Origin: Desulfomonilia bacterium
Lineage (GTDB): Bacteria; Desulfobacterota; Desulfomonilia; UBA1062
Length of the DNA stretch: 64,000 bases
Reading direction: 5' to 3'
NCBI GenBank assembly: GCA_963664325.2
Contig: CAXXDQ010000007.1
Coordinates: 832,001 to 896,000 of the forward strand
Part shown: in pieces, positions 49,896 to 59,968 of the stretch
Layout: the number at the start of each line of letters is the position of its first letter
Position numbering within the stretch: the stretch's first letter is position 1
Made by a program: the position numbers and the translations under genes
Notes under the pieces: model-generated
The model's database searches: none
Told to the model about the DNA's origin: nothing
Seen by the model: the letters and a program-made list of their open reading frames with translations, nothing else

Positions 49896-52274
49896 ATGAA
49901 GAACGCTTGTATATTCTCCGCCATGCTGGCAATAGGTATGATCATAGCGTGTCCTCTCGCGCTCCCCGCGGCCGAAGCCATGTCTTCCGCAGAGGCCTCT
50001 TTGCGCAAGGACCTGGCGGCCCTGGGAATCACCGACGCCCTTGTGGACATGAGCGTGCGTATTCCCATACCCGACCGGTACCGTCTGAACAACATCGGAC
50101 AGCAGGAGCTTATGCCCGGGGTTGACCTCTGGGGCACGCTCGTCCGGCCCGCAGACGGGGGGAAGCGGCCCACCATACTCATCTCCACCGCCTACCGCAG
50201 GGAAATCTGCCTCTCAATGGGGGAATCGCTGGTCAGGCACGGCTACAACGTACTGGCCATCGACAACCGCGGGACCGGTTCGGCCGGCGGGAGCTGGACC
50301 GCATTCGACATAATAGAGCACTATGACACCGCCTATGTCATCGACAGCTGGATACCCGCACAGGCATGGTCCGACGGCAAGGTCGGCATGATCGGCGGCT
50401 CATATATGGCCATCATTCAGTTCATGGCTGCCGGCCTCATAGACACAGACCCTGTAACAGGAGAGCCCACGCATTTGAAAGCCCTTTTCCCGCAACTGCC
50501 CATGAGCGACCCCTACCGCGTGATAGCGATTCAGGGCGGCATGTACGAGCGCGAGTTCATGATAATCTGGCTGACCATAACCAATGTATGCTCCATCCTG
50601 GAGCCGCTTATCGCCACGGACGACCCAGGCTCCCGGGCCGAGGCGTGGGACATATGGGCCCTGCACATGCAGAACATGGGGACGACAATAGACTGGGTCA
50701 TGGACCCATCGCACAAGAACTACTGCGACTGGTTCAAGCTCAAGAACCCGTCGCTATATTTTCCGGTCAAGCCCAGGAAGGGATGGCGCTATGACAACGG
50801 CACGCCGATCGAGGAAGGCAAGCGCATCCTCCCGGCCAAGCTGCCGGTCTTCATGATCGGCGGATGGTTTGATATCTTCACCCTGGGCGAAAGCGAGTGC
50901 TACCAGTACGGGCTGGCCGGTCATGCCGCAGGCGACAAGGCCATGGTTATCGGGCCCTGGTACCACGGCACCGGCGCCATGGGGCTCGGCCTGCAGGGGC
51001 TCGCCGATATCGAGCTGGCCGCACGATGGTTCGACTGGAAGATCAAGGGCAACCAGGACCCGTTCATGGAGGAATACCCGGTGCTGCTGTACGTAATGGG
51101 CGCCGACCGCTGGCGGGCGGAAAAGGACTGGCCCCTGGACAAAGTCATGAACCGTACCGAGAAGAAGAAACTGTACCTCTCGCAGCAGCGGCCGTCTCCG
51201 GTTGATGGCGACTGGTTCTCGACATTAAATGCCGGCAGCAACTACTCCCTCGTCGAAAACCTCAACCTTGCTGACCACCAGGGCACGCCTCCCGTGCTGA
51301 GGCATGACCCTCCGGTATTCCACGGAAAGAACTCCCGCTCCAATGCGCGCTGGTCGGCCGGCGGCATGGACATAAGCTACGACGTGTCCCTGTATCAGGA
51401 AGGCATGGACATGGACAGCGATTCCCCTTACGAGGACGAACGCAAGGACGAGGTGGGCGTTCTCACCTTCTCCACCGGGCCGCTCGAGCAGGACCTCGAA
51501 ATCGCAGGCCCGCTAACGCTGACCTTTCTGGCCAGGACAAAATTCACGCGTCCGCTCACACAGGCAATCGTTGATCAGAGCATCGCCGCTATCAAGGAAT
51601 TCCTTAACCTGGACGACGCACTGCTCCTCGACATACGCAACATGCGCGACGTCCAGTGGATCGTGGAGCTCAACGACGTGTTCCCGGAGGGCCGCGCCAG
51701 GAACATAACCTCGGGCTGGCTTTCGGCACAGCACAGGCCCTATGACCCTGAACATCCCACCAGGACCGATCCCGGCTATACCCCGTTCGATCCGTTCTAC
51801 TACGCCGATACCTTTGATGCCGTTCTCCATCCCGATTTCAACCCGATCGAGGAAGGCGAGACCTACCGTTATGTCGTGGAGCTCTGGCCCACCTGCAATG
51901 TTTTCAAAAAGGGGCACCGGATCCGTGTGAGCATCTCTAATTCGGACTTCCCGCATTTGGCGCCAATACTAATACCCTCTGAGAATACCGTCATGCTCTA
52001 CAATCCGGAAAATCCGGCAGACCAGAATGACTGGGCACGTCTCGAGTTCACAACCACCACAGCCCCAGGCGAAGGCGATACCTGGAAGTGGATAACAGGC
52101 GCAAAGGCCAGGAGCAGCATTTTAGAAGAGTTCGCCGCCGCAAACGCCTATCTGCTCCAGGGCCAGCAGCCGGTAGACGGTCCGGTCACACCCGAGGACA
52201 GTCCCGCACCGGATACAGCGCAGGACGATTCATCATCCTCAAGCTCCTGCTTTATTGTCAGCGCACTGCTGTAG
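49896..52274 (+). CDS. Exported CocE/NonD (S15) family hydrolase with a short CFI tail
   Basis: Signal peptide, RGTG.S.G, WSDGKVGMIGGSYM, GGWFD, IGPWYH and FKKGHRIRVSIS; ends SSSSSSCFIVSALL. Confidence 0.92.
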   Translation: MKNACIFSAMLAIGMIIACPLALPAAEAMSSAEASLRKDLAALGITDALVDMSVRIPIPDRYRLNNIGQQELMPGVDLWGTLVRPADGGKRPTILISTAYRREICLSMGESLVRHGYNVLAIDNRGTGSAGGSWTAFDIIEHYDTAYVIDSWIPAQAWSDGKVGMIGGSYMAIIQFMAAGLIDTDPVTGEPTHLKALFPQLPMSDPYRVIAIQGGMYEREFMIIWLTITNVCSILEPLIATDDPGSRAEAWDIWALHMQNMGTTIDWVMDPSHKNYCDWFKLKNPSLYFPVKPRKGWRYDNGTPIEEGKRILPAKLPVFMIGGWFDIFTLGESECYQYGLAGHAAGDKAMVIGPWYHGTGAMGLGLQGLADIELAARWFDWKIKGNQDPFMEEYPVLLYVMGADRWRAEKDWPLDKVMNRTEKKKLYLSQQRPSPVDGDWFSTLNAGSNYSLVENLNLADHQGTPPVLRHDPPVFHGKNSRSNARWSAGGMDISYDVSLYQEGMDMDSDSPYEDERKDEVGVLTFSTGPLEQDLEIAGPLTLTFLARTKFTRPLTQAIVDQSIAAIKEFLNLDDALLLDIRNMRDVQWIVELNDVFPEGRARNITSGWLSAQHRPYDPEHPTRTDPGYTPFDPFYYADTFDAVLHPDFNPIEEGETYRYVVELWPTCNVFKKGHRIRVSISNSDFPHLAPILIPSENTVMLYNPENPADQNDWARLEFTTTTAPGEGDTWKWITGAKARSSILEEFAAANAYLLQGQQPVDGPVTPEDSPAPDTAQDDSSSSSSCFIVSALL

Positions 52275-52284
52275 GGGAAAACCA

Positions 52285-52320
52285 CGGGGAACTTTTTAAA
52301 ACGTTCCCCGGATTTTTTAT
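52285..52320 (+). terminator. Probable intrinsic terminator
   Basis: CGGGGAAC-N10-GTTCCCCG followed by GATTTTTTAT. Confidence 0.65.
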
Positions 52321-52478
52321 AACTGTTTCGAATAATGCATCGGAGTCTTAAGATCAGAGAGATTAAAATTTTTATAGAAGGGGATTGCAAGTTTCAGGAA
52401 TGCAGGAGGCTTATATTTCAGGTTTCATAAAGGGCCCTGCTTTGATTGCACAGGTAAACGATTTTATGGGAGGGTAAA

Positions 52479-54344
52479 ATGAGATTAAATTATAAATTTC
52501 TGGTTGTCCTTTTTGCTCTTATGTTTATCTCCAGTAATGCTATGGCCGTTAATGAAGCGGCCCAATGGAACTGGAAAGACGTCAAGGTGGGACTTGAAGG
52601 CAACTATCAGATGTTCGGCAAGTATTTCAATGAACGGGACATCAATTCGTATGACGGCAACCAGAAGCCCAGTTACAATATCTCCCCGCCGCCCTCGCAG
52701 GACATTATTGACAATCCACCCTACAACGGCGCGGCAATAAACGGCCAGACTGATAAAATAGAAGCCTGGCTTGAAAATGAACTTTTCCTTGTACCGTCAA
52801 TTGCATTCACAGACAAACTTACATTCCAGGCACGACTTGATATTGATTATCTGATATTCAGTTCTGACGACAATACCAAAACGCTATACGACCCAATTGA
52901 CCAGGGCAATGGTTATGTACTTTATTCAAAAAAGAAGGCTGACCAGGAAATAAGGCTGACCGAGGCCTTTGTTCAGATGATTACGCCGGTAGGGCTCTTT
53001 GTTGCCGGCCGCTTTAATGACGGCAGCAACGGTCTTGTATGGGCGGCACAGTTTGATGAGGCCCTGCCCGGCTGGACTTTTGCCGTTGCCTGGAACAAGA
53101 AAGCCGAGCAAAAGTATTATTATGAAGACCCTGATGTCCCGTATTACAATCCCAACACCAGAAACGGCGATTACCTGGACAGGGATGACATGGATGAAAT
53201 AAGGGTTGTTACCATATATGAAAAGCCCGATAAGACATTAAAATCAGAGCAGTGGCTTGATTTCCGTCTGGGCGCTTCCAAATCGGCTGCCACCAATATG
53301 AGGATATGCATGCCTCAGTGGAAATTCAATTACAATAAAGGGAACCTGCACTATTCCCATGGTCTTGGAACCGGCCTTGGCACTCTGGCGGAGATAACGA
53401 AAAGCAGTATCGGTGACGATCTTAAAGCCCTCATGGATAATGGTAATGCCCAGGCCCCACCAGGATATTCCTTTCCAAGCTATATACCGGGTTCCGCACA
53501 TTATCTGCCCATAAAAGACATGGGACCTGTCGAAGGTAAAGTGGGCATTGCGCTTTTTGATGTCTCTTACGACATCGGTAAAGTGACTCCTTTTGCAACA
53601 GCTGTTTATACCACAGGCATTACGCACTGGACTGAAATCAATGGATTCCTGTGGGATGAATATAATCCAAAAGGATACAGGACGCCATCCATGCTGAACA
53701 TGATACTTATAGGAGAAGTAGAAGATAAATATTTCAACGTGCTTGTCAATATCGCTACAAAAGAGGCTTTTGACCAGAATGATATATGCTTGAACAACAT
53801 GACTTTGGGAAGACTGGGAGCCAGATACCATTTTGCCAGGAAATGGGAATTCCAGGGACAGGCAGTTGCAGCATGGCGCTCAAATGTTAAATATTTTGAG
53901 GATGAATACTGGTCATCATTCCCAATCAATTACGCCTTATGGTTCCAATATACTGACTACCAGGGTCACAGTATAGTCCCGTTCGTATTTATGGATAATA
54001 GCGTGAAGTATACAACCAACGTGTCGCCATATCTTGGCACAGAACTTACAGGCTTTCTTACTTACAACCTTTTCCCCGGCCTTGATGTTTCATTGATAGG
54101 TTCCTATTTCTGGGCCGGAGATTTCTATAAGGACACGTTGACCCCAAAACCTTATCTGGTTAAGTGGCTTGATACGACTGCGGTTGATCCTGATGTTAAA
54201 GAATATACAATATATGGCCCCAACCTGAGCGCTGACAAATTCGAACTAACAAACGCATGGACTGTCCAGTTCAAGATCGACTTCAAGTTTAATATCAATC
54301 CGACAGCACTTGCCGCCGTGACAAGCACTGAAATGCAGCAATAA
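52479..54344 (+). CDS. Putative outer-membrane beta-barrel protein
   Basis: Signal peptide (NAMA), many alternating aromatic/hydrophobic strands, YLGTEL...YNL and a WTVQFKIDFKF terminal-type strand. Confidence 0.65.
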   Translation: MRLNYKFLVVLFALMFISSNAMAVNEAAQWNWKDVKVGLEGNYQMFGKYFNERDINSYDGNQKPSYNISPPPSQDIIDNPPYNGAAINGQTDKIEAWLENELFLVPSIAFTDKLTFQARLDIDYLIFSSDDNTKTLYDPIDQGNGYVLYSKKKADQEIRLTEAFVQMITPVGLFVAGRFNDGSNGLVWAAQFDEALPGWTFAVAWNKKAEQKYYYEDPDVPYYNPNTRNGDYLDRDDMDEIRVVTIYEKPDKTLKSEQWLDFRLGASKSAATNMRICMPQWKFNYNKGNLHYSHGLGTGLGTLAEITKSSIGDDLKALMDNGNAQAPPGYSFPSYIPGSAHYLPIKDMGPVEGKVGIALFDVSYDIGKVTPFATAVYTTGITHWTEINGFLWDEYNPKGYRTPSMLNMILIGEVEDKYFNVLVNIATKEAFDQNDICLNNMTLGRLGARYHFARKWEFQGQAVAAWRSNVKYFEDEYWSSFPINYALWFQYTDYQGHSIVPFVFMDNSVKYTTNVSPYLGTELTGFLTYNLFPGLDVSLIGSYFWAGDFYKDTLTPKPYLVKWLDTTAVDPDVKEYTIYGPNLSADKFELTNAWTVQFKIDFKFNINPTALAAVTSTEMQQ

Positions 54345-54578
54345 TACTTGAACGAATAGTCAGCAGGTTAAAGCCCGCACGAAAGGCCGGCTCCGGACGG
54401 ATTATTTACTTCCGTGAGAACAGCGCCAATGAATGTATGACTTTTAAAAACCCGCCATTTGCAGGCCTCGATTCTCCAAGATCCGGTTTGTTTGTCCCAT
54501 TTCAGGACCTCAGGCCGGGTATTATCGACCGCTCGGGATGACCTTCAGCTTTTTGCCTGATATTCCGATACGTACTTC

Positions 54579-56066
54579 ATGAAGAAAACACCCCTTGCCG
54601 GATTCGCTCTTGCCTCAATAATCATTTTTTTTCTTGCGGCCTCCTGCTCTGAAAGCGGCAACAGCAGCGCACCTGTTGAGTATACGCCGCCGGCGGACGA
54701 AGACATCAGCTCTTTAGGCTGGGCCGAAGCATTCAGCAAGGCCCATGACAGGTTTTCCATGGAATACGCCTTCACGGACTGGAAGAAAATCGATTTCGAT
54801 GCCCTTTACGAAGAGTTTTATCCGAGGATAGCCCAAGCCGAGGCGTCCCATGATACGAAGTCATATTACCTTGCAATCAGGGAATACCTCTCTAACATTC
54901 ATGACGGCCACATCTCGTTTCCGGCGATAGACGAGACCATCATGAAAGAAGAAGTGGGCTGCAGCTACGGTCTTGCCATATTAGAGCTTGACGACGGACG
55001 GTTCATCGCCGCAAAGCTTTTGCCCGGCGGCCCGGCGGAGACCGCCGGAATTCTTCAGGGCGCGGAAATAACAAGCTGGGACAGCATCCCGGTCGGGGAA
55101 GCGGCGGCCCTGGTTAAACCCATCTGGAAATCGGGCCCGCCCGCAACGAATGATTACGCAAAGATCATAAGGCTCAATTACCTGACCCGCGCACCTTCAG
55201 GAAGCGAGATCACCCTGATATACAAAAATCCCGGAAGCATGTCTTCATCAGAAGCGACACTCACGGCAGCGGATGATTCATATCTAAGCCCGGATATCAC
55301 CCAGTGGTTTGCCAGAAGGCCCACCATGGAACAGGCGAGCCGTTTTCTGGATTACTGCATGCTGCCTCAAGGCTACGGCTATTTGGCCCTTTACATAGAG
55401 CTGGACTTAAACGACCCGTATTCATTGCAGAACCGCGTTATTGACAAGTTCAGGCAGGCCATTGAATACTTTATAAGCAACAATGCCAAAGGCATTATTG
55501 TCGACATCAGGGCGAATTTCGGCGGCTCCGACCAGATGGCGGCGGACATCTGCGGGTTCTTCAATAAAAGAAGGCTCTTTTATGAAAGGACCGTACAGTA
55601 TGATGCAAGGCTCGATGCCTTTGTTGATGTAATGACGGATCCCCAAACACAGATGAGCTTCCTCGGGAAAACCCCTGCCTTCATACGCCCGCAGGAGCCC
55701 TATTACGGGGGTTATGTAGTCGCCCTTGTATCGCCTGGCAACATAAGTTCGGGCGAGGGTGTCGCCATGGGCATAAAGAATCTCGCAAAAGGTAAAGTCA
55801 TTGGCTTTAACGGCACAAACGGCTCGTTCGGTATAGTGGGCGTGCACCTCACGCTGCCCGGGCCATATACCTTCAGATACGCATACGGCCGTTCTCTTGA
55901 CGCTAAAGGCATCGTTCAGCTTGACAGCAACTCTGAGGGCGTCGGCGGCGTCATCCCCGATATCAGGGTCCCTTCCACCTATGACAACATCATCGCCCTG
56001 GCCAACGGGACCGATGTGGAGCTTGCTTATGCCGTTGATTATCTTGACAGTGTCATAAACAACTGA
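54579..56066 (+). CDS. S41 family peptidase lipoprotein with a PDZ-like domain
   Basis: AASC lipobox, DGH, IVDIRANFGG, ISSGE and GVIPDIRV. Confidence 0.88.
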   Translation: MKKTPLAGFALASIIIFFLAASCSESGNSSAPVEYTPPADEDISSLGWAEAFSKAHDRFSMEYAFTDWKKIDFDALYEEFYPRIAQAEASHDTKSYYLAIREYLSNIHDGHISFPAIDETIMKEEVGCSYGLAILELDDGRFIAAKLLPGGPAETAGILQGAEITSWDSIPVGEAAALVKPIWKSGPPATNDYAKIIRLNYLTRAPSGSEITLIYKNPGSMSSSEATLTAADDSYLSPDITQWFARRPTMEQASRFLDYCMLPQGYGYLALYIELDLNDPYSLQNRVIDKFRQAIEYFISNNAKGIIVDIRANFGGSDQMAADICGFFNKRRLFYERTVQYDARLDAFVDVMTDPQTQMSFLGKTPAFIRPQEPYYGGYVVALVSPGNISSGEGVAMGIKNLAKGKVIGFNGTNGSFGIVGVHLTLPGPYTFRYAYGRSLDAKGIVQLDSNSEGVGGVIPDIRVPSTYDNIIALANGTDVELAYAVDYLDSVINN

Positions 56067-56164
56067 TGGTATCAGGCCTTGAAATGCCCTCCCCGATTCT
56101 CAAGGCAGGAGCTGACCATCATCCCGGGATGGTTTGGAAGCTCTCTTCCCGTTTAATGATCATG

Positions 56165-56812
56165 CTATTTGAGCGCTTTTTGAATGCCTTTGTCATTGAG
56201 CAGTTCGGTCATTTTCTTCTGGTACCACCCCGGTATGGTGTCCTGCGGCCAGCCGGACTCCACATTTACGATCTCTTTGAGCTTTTTTGAACCCAGGGAT
56301 TTCCTGCTGTTGTCCATGACCTTCAATTCAACGTCTATGATAAGCTCGCTCTTTTCAGCGCCGAAGCTCCTCGGATAGTAGTTGCTCCACCAGTCATTCA
56401 TCACCATCAGTACGAGACGCTGGGCACCTGTCGTTTTCATTTCGGCAAGCATCTCCGAGGCATCCTTTCCTACGAAGGCTTTTGTCAATACGACCTTGAA
56501 GCCTCTTCCGCGCAGAGATTCAGCCATAGTGGAAGCCATCTCATCCGACAGCCTGAGATCGCTCGTTGTCCAGAGGTCGAACGGGTTGCCGTACCCGCCT
56601 CGCATGGTTCCAACAAACCTGGGGTCGTTTTCCCCGCTGATTACATAGGGCCGCTTGTCCAGTACGCCGACCGCCACTGTCCTGGTGCCGCTGTAATTGA
56701 GGTCCGCCTTTACGTTTGAATAATTGATACGATAACTGCTGCCGCAGCCTGCAAGCATCCATGCGGCAAGCATCAAAGAAAACAGTGAAAACATTTTTAC
56801 ATACCGATTCAC
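56165..56812 (-). CDS. Hypothetical lipoprotein (YajG-like)
   Basis: LAGC lipobox; V.DKR...GTMRGGYGNP. GTG start after AGGAG. Confidence 0.7.
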   Translation of the reverse strand: MNRYVKMFSLFSLMLAAWMLAGCGSSYRINYSNVKADLNYSGTRTVAVGVLDKRPYVISGENDPRFVGTMRGGYGNPFDLWTTSDLRLSDEMASTMAESLRGRGFKVVLTKAFVGKDASEMLAEMKTTGAQRLVLMVMNDWWSNYYPRSFGAEKSELIIDVELKVMDNSRKSLGSKKLKEIVNVESGWPQDTIPGWYQKKMTELLNDKGIQKALK

Positions 56813-57000
56813 TCTCAACTCCTTTTCAAGGGTTTATTATATATTGCCTGGATCATAACTACTCATATTTGTCCTTTTTGGTAAACAACAGTCTTTCAGC
56901 ATGTCAGCATGAACAACGGGAATCAATGACCCTGAAGGATACCCCGGGTACCCAAGCCGGCTGAGGATTGCAGTGCAGTAACCGAATTTTTTTCATGCAA

Positions 57001-57903
57001 TCAGCCTGCCGTTTCTTCAATGATTTTTAAAAGCTCGGCTGTTCTTGCAAACTGCAGCATGTGGCCGGTTTCCCTGATCAGGAGGAGCCTGGAGCCGGGG
57101 ATCATCCCGTGAGCTTTTATGGAATGGGACACAGGCACGATCTGATCATCCTCTCCGTGCACAAGAAAAACGGGTTTCGAAATTTTGCCGTAAAGCGACG
57201 ATATCCTGTCCATTTCATAAAGGATTGTTATGTGTTCGCAAGCGAGCGCTTTTACGACCTTGGGCTGCTTCCAGATGGCAAGGCGCTCATCGATATAACC
57301 CGGGGGTATCTCGCTTTCATTGGGATGAGCGGCAGCAAGAATGCCGTCCCTGATCATGCCCGCACCTCCGAAGAGCTTGAACAGCCGGATCAGGGCTGTC
57401 CCGAGAACAGGCGTTTTCAGCAGGTAAAATATCATTTCCGGTTTCCAGCCATCGGTTACGGTTGCAGGGCTTACTGCAACAAACGCCCTGATGTTTTCAG
57501 GATTTCTCACTGCAAGGCCCATTACAATGCTGCCTCCGAAAGATTCACCGGCAACGACAGGATTCTGTAGTTTAAGCTTTTCAATGAGGGCCAGAGCGAA
57601 ATCCGCATTTTCATCGACCGTATACTTGAGATTGTTTCCGGAACTGAAGCCCTGCCCCGGCCTGTCATAAAAGGTCAGCCTGTACCTCCTGGACAGCTCA
57701 TCCTTAACCGGCGCCCACTCTTCAAGCGAACCGGGCGAGCCGTGTATGAACAGAATATCCGGGCCCGATCCGGTCTGGCAACAGCGTATGTGCTGGCCCA
57801 TCACCTCGATATACTGGCCGTCAAATCCTTCGGGTATGCCGTCAGTGCCCGGTGAAAAAATTGAGCAAACCGATGAGTCCGAAACATTAATACGATTCTT
57901 CAC
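57001..57903 (-). CDS. Alpha/beta fold hydrolase
   Basis: IHG, DRPGQGFS, GESFGG, GEDD and GH. Confidence 0.9.
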   Translation of the reverse strand: MKNRINVSDSSVCSIFSPGTDGIPEGFDGQYIEVMGQHIRCCQTGSGPDILFIHGSPGSLEEWAPVKDELSRRYRLTFYDRPGQGFSSGNNLKYTVDENADFALALIEKLKLQNPVVAGESFGGSIVMGLAVRNPENIRAFVAVSPATVTDGWKPEMIFYLLKTPVLGTALIRLFKLFGGAGMIRDGILAAAHPNESEIPPGYIDERLAIWKQPKVVKALACEHITILYEMDRISSLYGKISKPVFLVHGEDDQIVPVSHSIKAHGMIPGSRLLLIRETGHMLQFARTAELLKIIEETAG

Positions 57904-58102
57904 GGGGCCTCCTTAGCAAACGATATTTCAAGATGATGCTACCAACATCGGATGGAATTGTCCTTATAAATCATGAGCTCCGGCAGGGAAGACCGAAAAG
58001 TAAAGAAACAGAAGATAACTGGCCTTGAAGGCCTGCCTTCTGAATGGAATATGGACGTTTCCTCTGAATATCCTGCAGCCTCAGTGGCGCACCGGGGACC
58101 GG

Positions 58103-58810
58103 TTACTTTTCCAGCGGCAGAGTCAGAGTGGCGCCATACCAGCCGATTGCACCCACTATGGGGATCAATGCAAGGAGAAGTACAAGACAAACGATGGTCT
58201 CGAAGTTCAGCACCGGCTCGATTTCAGGATGGACAAACTCCCACCAGAAGGCCGCTGTCGAGACCGCCAGCATAATAAATGACAGCCGTATTTTCAGTTT
58301 GACCGCTGTTACCGGTTTTGCATCATAATTGAGCCACCATGTGAAATAACCGCTCAGCATGGCCGGGATGGTGAAGATGATTCCCGCCCAGAGACAGTTA
58401 AAAGACGTGCTTTTAAAGGATGCGTTGTCCGTGGCCAGATAAAGGACAAAAAAAAGTGCTGTCGATATTATGAGGGCCACCGGGAAGTGGACAATGGACG
58501 GGTGGGGATGCCTGCGCAAAAACGGATGGCGTTCCAGCAAATCCGTCAGAAATCGAGGCCCCCTGCTCTCCACAGCAGGATGTTTCAGTATGCCGATCTC
58601 GGGATGCTTATCAAGGTTCTCCGGACCGTGAGGCGCTGCGGCAAGCTCATTGCTCAGGTCCCTGCCGGCAAAATGCCTGTTCATATGCAGGCCTTTTTTC
58701 CACATGGGGCTTTTTGTGACGTCAAAGACTTTTCCATTATAGGCCACATAGGCCGGCTGGCCATCACGGCCATTGAATTTTTCCAGTGACTCCGGGTCAA
58801 ATTCCTGCAT
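58103..58810 (-). CDS. Cytochrome b5-like haem/steroid-binding domain fused to a DUF2231 membrane domain
   Basis: YVAYNGKVFDVT...H.AG.DL...APHG, followed by HPSIVHFP and TM helices. Confidence 0.85.
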   Translation of the reverse strand: MQEFDPESLEKFNGRDGQPAYVAYNGKVFDVTKSPMWKKGLHMNRHFAGRDLSNELAAAPHGPENLDKHPEIGILKHPAVESRGPRFLTDLLERHPFLRRHPHPSIVHFPVALIISTALFFVLYLATDNASFKSTSFNCLWAGIIFTIPAMLSGYFTWWLNYDAKPVTAVKLKIRLSFIMLAVSTAAFWWEFVHPEIEPVLNFETIVCLVLLLALIPIVGAIGWYGATLTLPLEK

Positions 58811-59119
58811 CGGAATGCTCCTTTCGCCTTAATTATACGAAGCGGGATAAGAAAGGAAAAGGAATATTCAAGAATTTTTAATTATTCTAATTTGTCTCTA
58901 CACCTGTTGAGCAAACCGGATAATTATTTAAGGACACCTGTGGAGCATGATCAAACAGGATATCAATTGACATGAAGGCAAATCAATTGCATATTCAGCG
59001 ACATCCCATCAAATAGATTTTTCATTAGTGTTGGACGAATAGCTGCTTAATCATTATTTCATCTTTAGCCTGGACATCGGGGTTACTTTAAAGCATTTCA
59101 GCTGAAGAGATACTTCAAA

Positions 59120-59890
59120 ATGAAGATTGAACATATCAGAAATGCATGCATGATCATTCATTACAGGGATCAGAATATTCTTGTTGATCCCTGTCTGAAC
59201 AAAAAAGGCAGTTTGCCGCCGTATACCCTTTTTCGCAAGAAGCCGCAGCTTAACCCTACTCTCGATTTGCCCCCTGCCGCTGAATCGGCATTGAGCCGGA
59301 TAACTTGCGGGCTTATTACTCACTGCCGTTATGGGCATTTCGATCATCTTGATAAATCCGGAATCCGGCTTCTGGTGCAGAAGCAGGTTCCCGTATATTG
59401 CAGCAGCCTCGATGAAACATTCCTGAGAAAATGCAGGATCAGATCGATTCCACTTAAGATCAATCAGAAGAACGAATTCCTGTCGGGTATTATCACACCC
59501 TTCCCTACAAAACACGGACACGGGATAATCGATAAATTCATGGGACATGGCGCCGGGTATTTCATTGAATTACCGCAAGACAAAACCATTTATGTCAGCG
59601 GCGATACGGTAATGAACCACACCGTTCGACACATACTCAAGGACCTCAGGCCCGACATCTCAATACTTAATGCAGGAACGGCGACCCTTGACCTTGGCAG
59701 GCCGATTCTTATGCCACTTGACGAAATTATGGATTTCATAAAAGCTGCACCCGGCAAGGTCGTCGCTGTGCATCTGGATGCATTCAATCATTGTCTGACA
59801 ACCCGCAGCATACTTAAAGATGCTGTTTTAAAAGAAGGGTTGTCCGATAAAGTGCTGATCCCGGCAGATGGGGAATCAATGGAGTTTTAA
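59120..59890 (+). CDS. MBL-fold metallo-hydrolase
   Basis: IRNA, ILVDP, TH....HFDHLD, HG, SGDT and VHL. Confidence 0.88.
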   Translation: MKIEHIRNACMIIHYRDQNILVDPCLNKKGSLPPYTLFRKKPQLNPTLDLPPAAESALSRITCGLITHCRYGHFDHLDKSGIRLLVQKQVPVYCSSLDETFLRKCRIRSIPLKINQKNEFLSGIITPFPTKHGHGIIDKFMGHGAGYFIELPQDKTIYVSGDTVMNHTVRHILKDLRPDISILNAGTATLDLGRPILMPLDEIMDFIKAAPGKVVAVHLDAFNHCLTTRSILKDAVLKEGLSDKVLIPADGESMEF

Positions 59891-59931
59891 AGCCCGGCGG
59901 ACTAAAGAAAAACAACAGATAAAACCTGGCG

Positions 59932-59961
59932 GGAAGCCCTGCCTTTTAAGGCAGGGCTTCC
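59932..59961. terminator. Probable bidirectional terminator between convergent genes
   Basis: GGAAGCCCTGCCTT-TT-AAGGCAGGGCTTCC, perfect arms. Confidence 0.7.
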
Positions 59962-59968
59962 TTTGAAA

